NCBI GenBank assembly: GCA_963775125.1
Contig: CAVZHQ010000007.1
Location: 278,412-342,411 of the forward strand
DNA from: an uncultured Acidimicrobiales bacterium
GTDB taxonomy: Bacteria; Actinomycetota; Acidimicrobiia; Acidimicrobiales; SZUA-35
Direction of reading: 5' to 3'
DNA: 64,000 nucleotides
The translations under genes were made by a program, and so were the position numbers. The notes beneath the pieces were generated by a model. The model had not been told where the DNA came from and made no database searches. It saw nothing but the letters and a program-made list of their open reading frames with translations. Below are positions 52,527-62,214 of the stretch, piece by piece (position 1 is the stretch's first letter; every line of letters begins with the position of its first letter).

Positions 52527-53531
52527 ATGACCCAGGGGACCCAGATAGAAACCGCACGCGGCCCGATCGGACTCGACGCCCTCGGCCGGGTACTCGTGCA
52601 TGAGCACGTCTTCGTCATCTCGCCGGAGATACAGATGAACTACCCGGAGGAGTGGGGGAGCGACGAAGGGCGCATCGCCGACGCGGCCACACGATTGAAC
52701 GACCTGAAGGCGGCCGGAATCGACACGATCATCGACCCGACGGCGTTGGGGCTCGGCCGGTACGTTCCCCGCATCGTCGAGGTGGCCCGGCGGACCGACC
52801 TCAACATCGTGGTCGCCACCGGGCTCTACACCTTCAACGAACTGCCGCACTACTACCGCCGGCGCCCACTGGTCGGCACAGCTGTCGACAGCATGTGCGC
52901 CCACTTCGTGCAGGACATCACCGACGGCATCCACGGCGCGTTCGACGAAAGCGGGCGAGGGGTCCGGGCGGGGGTCATCAAGTGCGCGACGGACATGCCA
53001 GGGCTCACCGATGACGTCGATCGGACCTTGCGCGCCTGTGCCCGGGCGCATCGGCTCACCGGCTGCCCCATCACCACCCACACCCATGCGGGCACCCAGC
53101 GAGGGCTCGATCAGCAGCGGGTCTTCGCCGAGGAGGGTGTCGATCTCAGCCGAGTGATCATCGGCCACTGCGGCGACACCGACGACCTCGACTATCTCCA
53201 GCGGGTACTCGACGAGGGCAGTCTGATCGGGATGGACCGGTTCGGTATCGATGGGTACCTGACCACCGACCAGCGGGTCGGGGTCGTCGCCGAGCTTTGT
53301 CGGCGCGGGTACACCGAACAGTTGGTGTTGAGCCATGATGCTTCCTGTTACATCGACTGGATCGCGGGTGAGGTACCCCTCGGGGCGCTTCCGAATTGGC
53401 ACTATCTGCACATCAGCCAGGACGTGGTGCCCGCACTGCTCGCCGCCGGTGTTTCCGACACCCAGATCGACACGATGCTGGTGGCCAACCCGGCCCGCTT
53501 CCTCGCCTCGGCCGGCCTCGGCGGCTACTGA
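52527..53531 (+). CDS. Phosphotriesterase-family amidohydrolase (PTE/lactonase-like)
   Basis: HEH, GRY, ATGLY, GVIKCA (carbamylated Lys position), TTHT, IGH, MDRFG and SHD. Confidence 0.92.
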   Translation: MTQGTQIETARGPIGLDALGRVLVHEHVFVISPEIQMNYPEEWGSDEGRIADAATRLNDLKAAGIDTIIDPTALGLGRYVPRIVEVARRTDLNIVVATGLYTFNELPHYYRRRPLVGTAVDSMCAHFVQDITDGIHGAFDESGRGVRAGVIKCATDMPGLTDDVDRTLRACARAHRLTGCPITTHTHAGTQRGLDQQRVFAEEGVDLSRVIIGHCGDTDDLDYLQRVLDEGSLIGMDRFGIDGYLTTDQRVGVVAELCRRGYTEQLVLSHDASCYIDWIAGEVPLGALPNWHYLHISQDVVPALLAAGVSDTQIDTMLVANPARFLASAGLGGY

Positions 53532-53546
53532 GTCCCTGGGCCATCA

Positions 53547-53668
53547 CCTCCCAACCTCCGGCCCCAAGCGTCACCCGTAACGAACCTCCGGCCCCAGGCG
53601 TCGGTTTCCGACGTCTCCAGCCGGAGGTTCGGAGGGCCCGACGTCTCCAGCCGGAGGTTGGCGGGAGG
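53547..53668. repeat. Nested inverted-repeat element (two direct 20-mers facing two inverted 20-mers)
   Basis: AACCTCCGGCCCCA(A/G)GCGTC at 53553 and 53583; GACGTCTCCAGCCGGAGGTT at 53610 and 53640; 30-bp period. Confidence 0.92.
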
Positions 53669-53741
53669 GGGCTGTCGGCAGGGGAACGGGCTGGATGAAG
53701 CTCCTATAGATGTCACAGGGCATCGTCATAGTGGTCGCATG

Positions 53742-54830
53742 GCTCGACCACTCGCTGTCTTCCACCCCAAACCCCGCCAGCTCCAGCGCTGGAGTCCGCC
53801 GGCCGCAGCCGTCGAACCCGGCTTCTGCATGGAGCTCGAACACCGGGTGTGGTTGGCCAAGTTCGGCCGCGGTCATCAAGATCCGGTCACCTATGACTGG
53901 GACGACTACCCGAGGGGTTTGTGCCTGCCGGGAACCTGGCAGTCGTCGCCGCTGTCGACCACGGGCTTCGGGGGTGGGTTCAAGCGGGGTGAGCTGCGAC
54001 CGGTCGGAGGCCGCCCCGACGCTGAACGGGCCTGGGGTCCCGTGCCAGGCGATCGGGTGGTGGCCTATCGCCGAGACGCTCAGGACGTCGTCGGCGTCTG
54101 GCTGGTCACCGGGGCCCGGTACGGGGTCGAAGGCGAAGTCTGTTACAGCGTGCGCCCCCTGGTGTCGTGCCTCCATCCGGTATCCCTTGCCGCGAGCCGC
54201 CGATACGACGCTGACCTCGAGCAGGCATGGGATGGCACCTTTGGTCGTCGCGGAACCTCGCGGGGCTCCCTGGTCTCGCTCGAGGGAGCAGCGCTGTCGG
54301 GGGTCATGCGCAGCGTCGGCATCGATCCGCGCCTCCTGTGCGGACCCATCGACGGGCTGCCCGACTGCTCCCTCAGCAATCGCCGACCGGCGCCGGGGTT
54401 CCGTCCGGCCACCAGGCTGCAGACGTCCATCGGGGCGACTCGTCAAATGGAGGAGCGGGCATTGGCCGAAGCCGTCGATTGGTTCCTCGATCGCGCCGAG
54501 GCCAACGCCACCGACGTCGAGACGGTTGGCTACGGCGATCAGCCCGGCATCCATCTGGTCGCCCGTTCCAGCATCGCCACCGAGGGTTTCGCCGAGGGGC
54601 GTATTCATCAGGCGACTTCGCTTGCGGTCGTGGGGGGCTCGTTTGACGACATCGAACTCTGCCCGACCCTCGTCCACGAGGCCCTCGATGCCTCCGAGTC
54701 CGGCCGTCATTGGAGCTTGCTGGTGACGCTCGACGCGTTGGGCCACGGCAGAACCCTACGGATCGACGCCCGTGCCGTCGCGGTGTGTTTCGATCCGCTC
54801 TCGGGCAGAGTCGTCAACCGCGCCGACTGA
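53742..54830 (+). CDS. Hypothetical protein: EVE/PUA-like domain and degenerate DUF3883-like domain; start approximate
   Basis: PGDRVVAY..VVGVWLVT..VRPL..HPVSL..RGSLVSL; C-terminus EERALAEAVDW..V...G..L....IEL......A......WSLLVTLDAL. Confidence 0.55.
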   Translation, partial: ARPLAVFHPKPRQLQRWSPPAAAVEPGFCMELEHRVWLAKFGRGHQDPVTYDWDDYPRGLCLPGTWQSSPLSTTGFGGGFKRGELRPVGGRPDAERAWGPVPGDRVVAYRRDAQDVVGVWLVTGARYGVEGEVCYSVRPLVSCLHPVSLAASRRYDADLEQAWDGTFGRRGTSRGSLVSLEGAALSGVMRSVGIDPRLLCGPIDGLPDCSLSNRRPAPGFRPATRLQTSIGATRQMEERALAEAVDWFLDRAEANATDVETVGYGDQPGIHLVARSSIATEGFAEGRIHQATSLAVVGGSFDDIELCPTLVHEALDASESGRHWSLLVTLDALGHGRTLRIDARAVAVCFDPLSGRVVNRAD

Positions 54831-54837
54831 CCTTAGG

Positions 54838-56085
54838 GTGCCTCCACGGCTACGCGGACCGACAACCCTTACCGCTGGCGGCTTCTTGCCGCTACAAGCG
54901 GGCTGTACATCGGCTTCGGGCTGGTGTCGGCATCCTTGGCTCCCCTCGTGGCCGAGATCTCCGCCGATCTCGATCTCACTCGATCGACCATGGGCGCGGT
55001 GCTCGGGGCCTGGCAGTTCGTGTATCTGCTGGCTGCCATTCCCTGCGGCAAGTTCCTGGATCGCCACGGTTTGCGAACCGGCCTCCTGGTCGGCATCGGG
55101 CTGATCTGTTTGTCGGGTGTCCTGCGGGCGGGAGCCTCCGGCCTGGTCTCGCTGATGCTGGCCGTCGGCGTGTTCGGCCTTGGCGGCCCGCTGGTGTCCG
55201 TCGGCGCACCGACGTTGGTTGCCTCGTGGTTCTCGAGCGAGGAGCGGGGGCTCGCTACCGGTCTCGCCGTCAGCGGGCCGGTCGTCGGTTCCATGGTCAC
55301 GTTGCTGACGGCCAATTCGGTGTTGATGCCGTTGTTCGACCAGCGGTGGCAGCTCGTGGTGGCGTCGTACGCCGTCCTGGCCGCTGGCGCCGGAGTGACG
55401 TTCGCGGTGGTGACCCGGTCGGTACCGGTCGAGATCGATTCCCCCTGGACGAGGAACCGGCAGGGCCAGACCCCGTTGTCGCAACTGTTTGCCGTCCCGC
55501 TCGTGCGCGTGGTTCTGGTCATGGCCATTCTCACCTTCTTCGTCAACCACGCGATGTCGAACTGGCTGCCGGAGATACTCCGAGACCTCGACCTGTCGCC
55601 CGCCGCCGCCGGGTTCTGGTCGGCCATCGTCGCCATCCCCGGTCTTGTCTTCGGTGTGCTCGTACCCCGACTGGCCAGCCCCTCGATTCGTCGTCCGCTG
55701 CTGGTCGGCTGTTACTTGCTGCTCGGAGTTGCGCTCTTGCCATCTGGGCCGAGCATGGGGACTGCCGGCGGCCGCGGGCATCCTCGCCTACGGCGCCATT
55801 CGATCCGTGGCGTTGCCGGTGGCGATGCTCTTCTTGATGGACGATCCTCGGGTCGGCCCGGCGAACATGGCCAGCGCGGCGGCGCTCTACTTCACGGCCG
55901 GTGAGATCGGTGGGTTGTCGGGCCCGTTGGCCGTCGGCTTCGTCGCCGATCGATCGGGGTTCGGGTCAGCACTGTGGGTGCTCGCCGCGGTGAGCTGGGT
56001 GTTGGCCGGGCTGGCAATCCTGCTCAGAGGGTCGGGGATCGACCGCGCGACGTGCGAAGTCGGATTGCTGGGTGGTCGAAGGTAG
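54838..56085 (+). CDS. MFS transporter (CynX/NimT-like); frameshifts near 54842 and 55770
   Basis: NPYRWRLL, SLAPLV..I..DL, GKFLDRHG and NWLPEIL; the final TMs are in the 55489..56085 frame. Confidence 0.85.
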
Positions 56086-56118
56086 CGCGCACCCGGTACG
56101 TCTCCTAGGCTCGGCCGG

Positions 56119-56766
56119 GTGTTGCCCCCACTCGACCTGTTTCCCGGCTGGCGCATCGATCCCGACGTTCCTCATTCGGAACGTTTCTGGGATGGTCGCC
56201 AATGGACCGACAAGCTTCGTCCTATGCCGCGAACGGCCATTGGCGAGCGCCAGGCCGATCGGTCGAGGGGCGAGATTGGAACTCCTGACGGCATCACGAT
56301 CGTGGCGGCCGAACCGCAAGCTCAACGGCAAGTGCCGATTCCGCGGCCCGAGCTGGTCGAGCTGCCCCCACCCACGCCAGCGCAGACTCCGCGCCTCGAG
56401 CTGGTCGAGCTGCCCCCACCCCGAGCGGAGACGCTCGCTGAGCGGGCGGTGCTGAAACCGGTGCCCGCGCCGGCGCCTGGGCCCGCACCAACGCCTGCAC
56501 CAACGCCTGCACAAGTTTCGATCTTCGGGGCCGCGACCGGGCCGGGCGGCGCGAACCGTGCAGACTTCTTCGAGGTGGCGCGCCGAGTGCAGCTGCCCGC
56601 ATCGGGCCAGGTGAGTCGCTCTCCCGCTCGCCGGCTCCAGCGGTCTCGATTGGTGGTCGTCGCGGCAATCTGCCTCGTTGTCGGAGCTGCGGTCGGCTTC
56701 GGAGCGGGGTACCAGTTCGGCTCCGGTGACGCATCCGGCGGTGCGCCGGCCGGCGTCACCGAGTAG
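56119..56766 (+). CDS. DUF2510 domain protein with Pro-rich linker and C-terminal TM helix
   Basis: PGWRIDP...ERFWDGRQWT; duplicated ELVELPPP; TM LVVVAAICLVVGAAVGFGAGY. Confidence 0.85.
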   Translation: MLPPLDLFPGWRIDPDVPHSERFWDGRQWTDKLRPMPRTAIGERQADRSRGEIGTPDGITIVAAEPQAQRQVPIPRPELVELPPPTPAQTPRLELVELPPPRAETLAERAVLKPVPAPAPGPAPTPAPTPAQVSIFGAATGPGGANRADFFEVARRVQLPASGQVSRSPARRLQRSRLVVVAAICLVVGAAVGFGAGYQFGSGDASGGAPAGVTE

Positions 56767-56774
56767 CGAGCTCC

Positions 56775-57750
56775 GTGGTCACACCGGCGATTCTCGTCGA
56801 GGACCTGCGCAAGACCTACGGCCGGCGGGAAGTCGTTTGCGGCGTCGATCTTCGGGTGGAGCAGGGCGAGATCGTCGCCTTCCTCGGGCCTAACGGAGCA
56901 GGCAAAACGACCACGATCGAAATCCTCGAGGGCTTCCGAGACGCCACCTCGGGCCGTGTCGAGGTGCTCGGGGCAAGCCCGCAAACCGCCCCGAGGTCGT
57001 GGCGCGAGGACATCGGGATCGTCTTGCAGTCGTCTCGCCCGCCGCGGACGTTGACGGTCCGAGAAGTGCTCGACATGCACGCTGCCTACTATCGCTCGCC
57101 CCGACCCACCGACGTTGTTCTCGAGACGGTCGGGCTCACCCAGGAATCGGGCCAACGCATCGGCCGGCTTTCCGGCGGCCAGCAGCGTCGGGTCGACCTC
57201 GGGCTCGCGCTCATCGGCGACCCCCGGCTGGTGTTTCTCGACGAGCCGACCACCGGGTTCGATCCGGCAGCGCGGCGCGAGGCGTGGGGGATGATCGCAG
57301 GCCTCCGCGACCTCGGGTGCACGGTGTTCCTCACCACCCACTATCTGGACGAGGCGCAGCAGCTCGCCGACAACATCGCGGTCATTGCGCAGGGCCGAAT
57401 CATCGCCCGCGGAACGGCGTCGGAGTTGGCGGCGCAGACGCAAGCCCGAACGTCGATCTCGTGGCTCGCCGACCAGCCGTTCACCGTGGATCACGTCGCG
57501 AAGCAGTTCCGCCGGGAGGCCGGCGACGTTCGAGTCGAGGGCGGCAGGGTCGAGATCCTCGTCGGCGACGAGTTCGTTGCTCGCGCGGTTCACGACATCA
57601 CCGGGACTGCGTTGGCTGCCGGATGGTCCCTGGCGGACTTCCGAGTGACCCGACCGTCGTTGGAGGAGACCTACCTCGCCCTCGTCGAGGCCGAGACCGA
57701 CGACCGACACCGACACCGACACCGAGCAGGAAGTCGAGGCCTCGTCGTGA
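56775..57750 (+). CDS. ABC transporter ATP-binding protein; indel near 57706 within an (ACCGAC)n repeat
   Basis: GPNGAGKTT, LSGGQ and LDEPTTG. The alternative frame ends TDTDTEQEVEASS with TGA at 57748-57750. Confidence 0.9.
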
Positions 57751-58523
57751 TCGCGTTGGCTCGGCAACTTCGCTCGCAGGTGGGCTACGACCTGCTCGCC
57801 TTCCGGCGGAACCCGGCTGCGACCTTCTTCACCGTGGTTCTGCCGCTGATCTTCCTCCTGTTGTTCACGTCGATCTTCGGCAACGAGGTGCTCGAGGGTC
57901 GGGGTGGGCTCCGGGCGGCCACCTTCTACGTCCCGGGAATCCTCGCGCTCGCCATCATCTCGGCGACGATGGTCAATCTGGCCATGACGACGGTGACGCG
58001 GCGCGAGGACGGCGTGCTCAAACGTGTGCGAGGCACTCCGCTGCAACCATGGATCTTCGTGCTGGCCCTGGCGACCGCGTCGTTGGTCATCACCGCAGTC
58101 ATGACCGCGCTCGTGATCCTCATCGGCCGAGTGCTGTTCGACGTGTCGCTGCCCGCACGTGGCGTGCCAGGACTGCTCGTGACCGTGCTGGTTGCCGCCA
58201 TCGCGTTCTCGGCCATGGGGCTGGCCTTGTCGGTGATCATCCCGAGCGTCGAGGCGGCTCCGGCCATCACCAATGCGGTGGTGTTGCCGCTGTACTTCAT
58301 CAGCGATGTGTTCATCGTGACCGATTCGACGCCACGGTTCCTCAGGATCATCGGCGATCTCTTCCCGGTCAGGCATCTGACCCAGGCGCTGGTTCGATCC
58401 TTCGACCCGAACACCGCGGGAATGTCGCTGCCGTGGTCCCACTGGGCGGTCATCGCCGCCTGGGGTGTGGTGGCCGGCACCGTGGTAGCTCGTCGCTTCC
58501 GCTGGACGCCTTGGGGAACCTGA
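57747..58523 (+). CDS. ABC-2 type transporter permease
   Basis: GTG overlaps the upstream TGA; FRRNPAATFFTVVLP, REDGVLKRVRGTP; about 6 TMs. Confidence 0.9.
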   Translation: MIALARQLRSQVGYDLLAFRRNPAATFFTVVLPLIFLLLFTSIFGNEVLEGRGGLRAATFYVPGILALAIISATMVNLAMTTVTRREDGVLKRVRGTPLQPWIFVLALATASLVITAVMTALVILIGRVLFDVSLPARGVPGLLVTVLVAAIAFSAMGLALSVIIPSVEAAPAITNAVVLPLYFISDVFIVTDSTPRFLRIIGDLFPVRHLTQALVRSFDPNTAGMSLPWSHWAVIAAWGVVAGTVVARRFRWTPWGT

Positions 58524-58529
58524 CCTGTC

Positions 58530-59522
58530 CTACAGCCAATCCCGGCGCCGGAACACCACGTAGAGCGCGGCCGACAGACTGACGACCAGTCCGGCCGACA
58601 GGTAGACGCCCGAGCCATCGCCTGCGCCGGGGTAGGGAACGTTCATGCCGTAGTACCCGGTGATGAGGGTGGGGACCGCGATGATCGCGGCCCAGCTGGT
58701 CACCTTCTTCATCACCTGGTTCTGGTGGTAGTCCCGCAGGCTGAGGTTGGTTTCGACGATCGTGCTGACCAGGTCGCGGAGTGCGTCGGTCGATTCGCTC
58801 ACGCGCAGGATGTGGTCGTAGACGTCCTGGTAGTAGGGATACAGCGGCTCGGCCACCGCCGTCTGCTCGCGTCGCATGAGGGCGCTCACGGCCTCGCGCA
58901 TCGGAACCGCGAGTCGATGGAAGCGGACGAGGGACCGGCGCATCATGAACCATTTGCGTTGCTGGGTCGGCGTCATCGGCCGCTCGTCGAAGATGCCCTC
59001 GCTGACCTCGTCGTAGAAGTCGTCGAACACCTGGACGGCGTCGAAGTAGCCGTCGATGATGAGATCGAGCAGCCCGTAGAGCAGGAAGCTGACCCCGTGC
59101 CTGGCGAGGTCGGGGGATCGATCCCAACGATGCAGGACCGGTTCGATCGGGAAGGCGTCGTTCTTCCTGACGGTGAGTATCCATCGACTGTCGATGAACG
59201 CATCGATTTCGGTTTCCTCGAGTTCACCATCGGCGGCCCGGACGGTGACGGCCCGCGCCGCGAGGAACAGGTGACTGTCATAGTGGTCGAGCTTCGGCCG
59301 TTGATGGGGGCCGAGGGCGTCTTCGACGGCGAGTTCGTGGAGTCCGAGTTCGGCGGACAGCTCGTGGATCTGGGCTTTCGTCGGGGCACAGAAGTCGACC
59401 CAGACGATGGTGTTCGGTTCGGCGAGATAGTCGGAGATTTCACCGACCGGAAAGTCCTGAGCCTCCAGGACTCCGTTCCGGTAGATTCTGGTTCGGGCCT
59501 CGTTCGCCCACTCGTCGGTCAT
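58530..59522 (-). CDS. corA: CorA-family Mg/Co transporter
   Basis: WVD, LHELAVEDAL..HQRPK, YYQDVYDH and NQVMKKVT..PTLITGYYGMN (GMN motif). Confidence 0.93.
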   Translation of the reverse strand: MTDEWANEARTRIYRNGVLEAQDFPVGEISDYLAEPNTIVWVDFCAPTKAQIHELSAELGLHELAVEDALGPHQRPKLDHYDSHLFLAARAVTVRAADGELEETEIDAFIDSRWILTVRKNDAFPIEPVLHRWDRSPDLARHGVSFLLYGLLDLIIDGYFDAVQVFDDFYDEVSEGIFDERPMTPTQQRKWFMMRRSLVRFHRLAVPMREAVSALMRREQTAVAEPLYPYYQDVYDHILRVSESTDALRDLVSTIVETNLSLRDYHQNQVMKKVTSWAAIIAVPTLITGYYGMNVPYPGAGDGSGVYLSAGLVVSLSAALYVVFRRRDWL

Positions 59523-59536
59523 GTCCGGCCCGGGGC

Positions 59537-61213
59537 TCAGGGTTTGCGCTTCTGGATGTTGGCCCATTCGTCGCGAAGCCCGACCGTGCGGTGGAACATC
59601 GATGGGTCATCGAGGTCGGCGGCGAAATACCCGAGACGCTCGAACTGGACGACCTGTCCTGCTTCGAGGTGCTCACCGAGCGCCGGTTCGAGTTTCGCCC
59701 TGAGGGTGTGTCTCGACGCCGGGTTGAGGCTCGACAACTCGTCGGACCCGTCGCTGCCCGGATGGGGATCGGAGAACAGGCGATCGTAGAGGTGGACGGT
59801 TGCGTCGACGGCGTGGGCGACCGATACCCAGTGAATCGTCGCCTTGACCTTGCGGCCGTCGGGGGCCTGGCCTCCGAGGGTCTCGGGGTCGTAGGTGCAT
59901 CGGACTTCGATCACGTTGCCGTCGTCGTCGCGTACGACGTCGGTCGCGGTGACGAAGAAGCCGGCGCGCAGCCGCACCTCTCGACCGGGCGACAGCCGGT
60001 AGTACTTGGGGGCGGGCTCGAGCATGAAGTCGTCGCGTTCGATCCAGAGCTCACCGGTGAACGGGATGGCACGAGTGCCGGCGGCCGGGTCTTCGGGGTT
60101 GTTCTGGGCCTCGACCATGACGACTTGGCCCTCGGGCCAGTTGGTGATGACGAGCCGCAGCGGGTCGATGACCGCCATGCGGCGCAGCGACGTGGAATTC
60201 AGCTCGGTCCGTACGAAGGATTCCAGCAGCTCGATCTCGACGGTGCTGTTGGTCCTGGCGACACCGACCCGGCTCATGAAGGACCGAATCGCCGACGCCG
60301 GGTAGCCGCGTCGGCGCATGCCCCGAAGGGTCGGCATGCGAGGGTCGTCCCACCCGTCGACGATCCGGTCGGCGACCAGCGCCTTGAGTTTCCGCTTCGA
60401 GGTGACCGTGTGGGTCAGGTTCAGGCGGGCGAACTCGACCTGTTCGGGCTTGTGGTGCGGCAAGACGAGTTGCTCGAGGCACCAGTCGTAGAGCGCCCGA
60501 TGGTCGGCGAACTCGAGCGTGCAAATCGAGTGCGTGATGCCCTCGATCGCATCGGACTGACCGTGGGCCCAGTCGTAGGTCGGGTAGATGATCCACGCAT
60601 CCCCGGTGCGGACATGGGGGACCCGCCGGATTCGGTACAGCACCGGGTCCCGGAGCTGCATGTTGTCGGCCTGCATGTCGATCTTGGCCCGCAGCACCTT
60701 GGCCCCATCGGGGAAGTTGCCATCGCGCATTTGCCGGAACAGACCGAGGTTCTCCTCGACGCTGCGTGAACGGTGTGGACTCTCCACACCTGGTTTGCCA
60801 AAGCCTCCTCGCTGCAACGAGATGGTGTCGGCGTCCTGATCATCGACGTAGGCGAGCCCCGCAACAACCAGCTGCTCGGCCCACTCGTACAACTGGTCGA
60901 AGTAGTCGGACACGTAGCGGGGCTCACCCTCGGGTGTGAAGCCCAGCCAGCCCACGTCTTCGATGATGGCGTCGACGTACTCGATGTCCTCGGTCTCGGG
61001 GTTGGTGTCATCGAATCGGAGGTAGCAGCGGCCCGCGAACTGCTCGGCGAGCCCGAAGTTGAGGCAGATGGACTTGGCGTGTCCGATGTGGAGGTAGCCA
61101 TTCGGTTCCGGAGGAAAGCGGGTGTGCACTTGGCCGCCGAAGGCGCCGCTGGCCTGATCGGCCTGGATCCGCTCGCGGATGAAGTCGGCGGGTGCAGTGT
61201 CGAGGGAAGCCAC
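59537..61213 (-). CDS. glnS: Glutamine--tRNA ligase
   Basis: TRFPPEPNGYLHIGHAKS, RFDDTNP, YPTYDWAH, THSICTLEF, EFARLNL, TSKRKL, WDDPRMPT and QFERLGYF. Confidence 0.96.
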   Translation of the reverse strand: MASLDTAPADFIRERIQADQASGAFGGQVHTRFPPEPNGYLHIGHAKSICLNFGLAEQFAGRCYLRFDDTNPETEDIEYVDAIIEDVGWLGFTPEGEPRYVSDYFDQLYEWAEQLVVAGLAYVDDQDADTISLQRGGFGKPGVESPHRSRSVEENLGLFRQMRDGNFPDGAKVLRAKIDMQADNMQLRDPVLYRIRRVPHVRTGDAWIIYPTYDWAHGQSDAIEGITHSICTLEFADHRALYDWCLEQLVLPHHKPEQVEFARLNLTHTVTSKRKLKALVADRIVDGWDDPRMPTLRGMRRRGYPASAIRSFMSRVGVARTNSTVEIELLESFVRTELNSTSLRRMAVIDPLRLVITNWPEGQVVMVEAQNNPEDPAAGTRAIPFTGELWIERDDFMLEPAPKYYRLSPGREVRLRAGFFVTATDVVRDDDGNVIEVRCTYDPETLGGQAPDGRKVKATIHWVSVAHAVDATVHLYDRLFSDPHPGSDGSDELSSLNPASRHTLRAKLEPALGEHLEAGQVVQFERLGYFAADLDDPSMFHRTVGLRDEWANIQKRKP

Positions 61214-61233
61214 GACCCGAGGTTATGCCGGAG

Positions 61234-62127
61234 TCACTGCGTGTTGGTGCGCTCGCGGAACTCCGGAGCATCAGAAAACGACAAGACCAGGTCGCTGCGG
61301 GTGAGTCCGTGGTCGAGTCGGTCGAGCCAGTACGACAGCCCGCCATCGTCGGGGGTTCGTCCGAGCACGTTGCCGTAGATGCGCTGCAGGAAGGTTGCGT
61401 TGTCGGTGCCCTGGTACGCGCCCTGCCATTCCGGTAACGAGGACCAGGTGCGAGCGGCATCGGACAGGGTCATCCCGCCGGTCAGCCGGGCCATCCAGTA
61501 GGCGAAGCCGCCGCCGTCGGGTTGACGGCCGAAGACCGCCCAGTACAAACGCGCCACACTGCCGACGGCCCCCGACGAGCCATCCCAGCGGCCCAGGAGC
61601 GGGGTGATGGTGGGACCTTGGGGGTCGGTGGGGGAGCCAGGGACGACACACGGGAGACTGGTGACCGTGCCGGTGGCTGTGGCCACGATCTCGTGCCCGG
61701 CGATGACGACGAAGTCGAGGTCGGCGCGGCCACAGGTGGCGGCAATGGCGCCCGAACCCCGCCGAGGCGGTGAGGGGTGCCCGACCGCATCGAGCCGGGT
61801 GGTCGTGCCGGTCGTCGGATCGCCGGAAGCTGCGGTTGCCACCTGGTGCTCGATCAGGACGCTGACCGCGTTGATCGAGGACATGAGGCAACGGTCGGGG
61901 AACTGCCAGCGCCACACCAACTCTGCACCCGAGGTCACCAAGTCGACGGTCGGTACGCACACGTTCAGGTGCTGGCACGTTCCGTTCGAACGAACGTCGG
62001 TGGTCCAACCGCGGCCATCGTTGCAGGTCGTGATGACCGCACCGGCGGGTGCCGACGCGCCGACAGCCGCTGCGAGCACACCGAGAAACACGAATAGGGC
62101 CGCGACGGCGTGTCGTGCTCGAACCAT
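61234..62127 (-). CDS. Secreted DUF4214-domain surface protein
   Basis: Signal peptide ending APAGA; VARLYWAVFGRQPDGGGFAYW and FLQRIYGNVLGRTPDDGGLSYW. Confidence 0.9.
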   Translation of the reverse strand: MVRARHAVAALFVFLGVLAAAVGASAPAGAVITTCNDGRGWTTDVRSNGTCQHLNVCVPTVDLVTSGAELVWRWQFPDRCLMSSINAVSVLIEHQVATAASGDPTTGTTTRLDAVGHPSPPRRGSGAIAATCGRADLDFVVIAGHEIVATATGTVTSLPCVVPGSPTDPQGPTITPLLGRWDGSSGAVGSVARLYWAVFGRQPDGGGFAYWMARLTGGMTLSDAARTWSSLPEWQGAYQGTDNATFLQRIYGNVLGRTPDDGGLSYWLDRLDHGLTRSDLVLSFSDAPEFRERTNTQ

Positions 62128-62214
62128 GAACAATCCTCCTCCACTTTTTCGCCCTGCCGACAAGCTAGTGCAGCAGGGGCGATTGTGGCGGACCCAGTAG
62201 ATTCTCCTTCGACC

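Noticed and set aside
50868-53411. 847-aa minus-strand ORF
   Set aside because: A composite of the antisense of the phosphotriesterase gene and off-frame MFS sequence; no coherent protein.
53547-53668. CRISPR mini-array
   Set aside because: The repeats are 20 bp with about 10-bp spacers, half of them are inverted, and no cas genes are present.
56775-58523. Single-chain ABC ATPase-permease fusion
   Set aside because: The junction reads DRHRHRH through an (ACCGAC)n repeat. The alternative frame gives TDTDTEQEVEASS-stop overlapping the permease GTG, so an indel is more likely. Raw reads would settle it.
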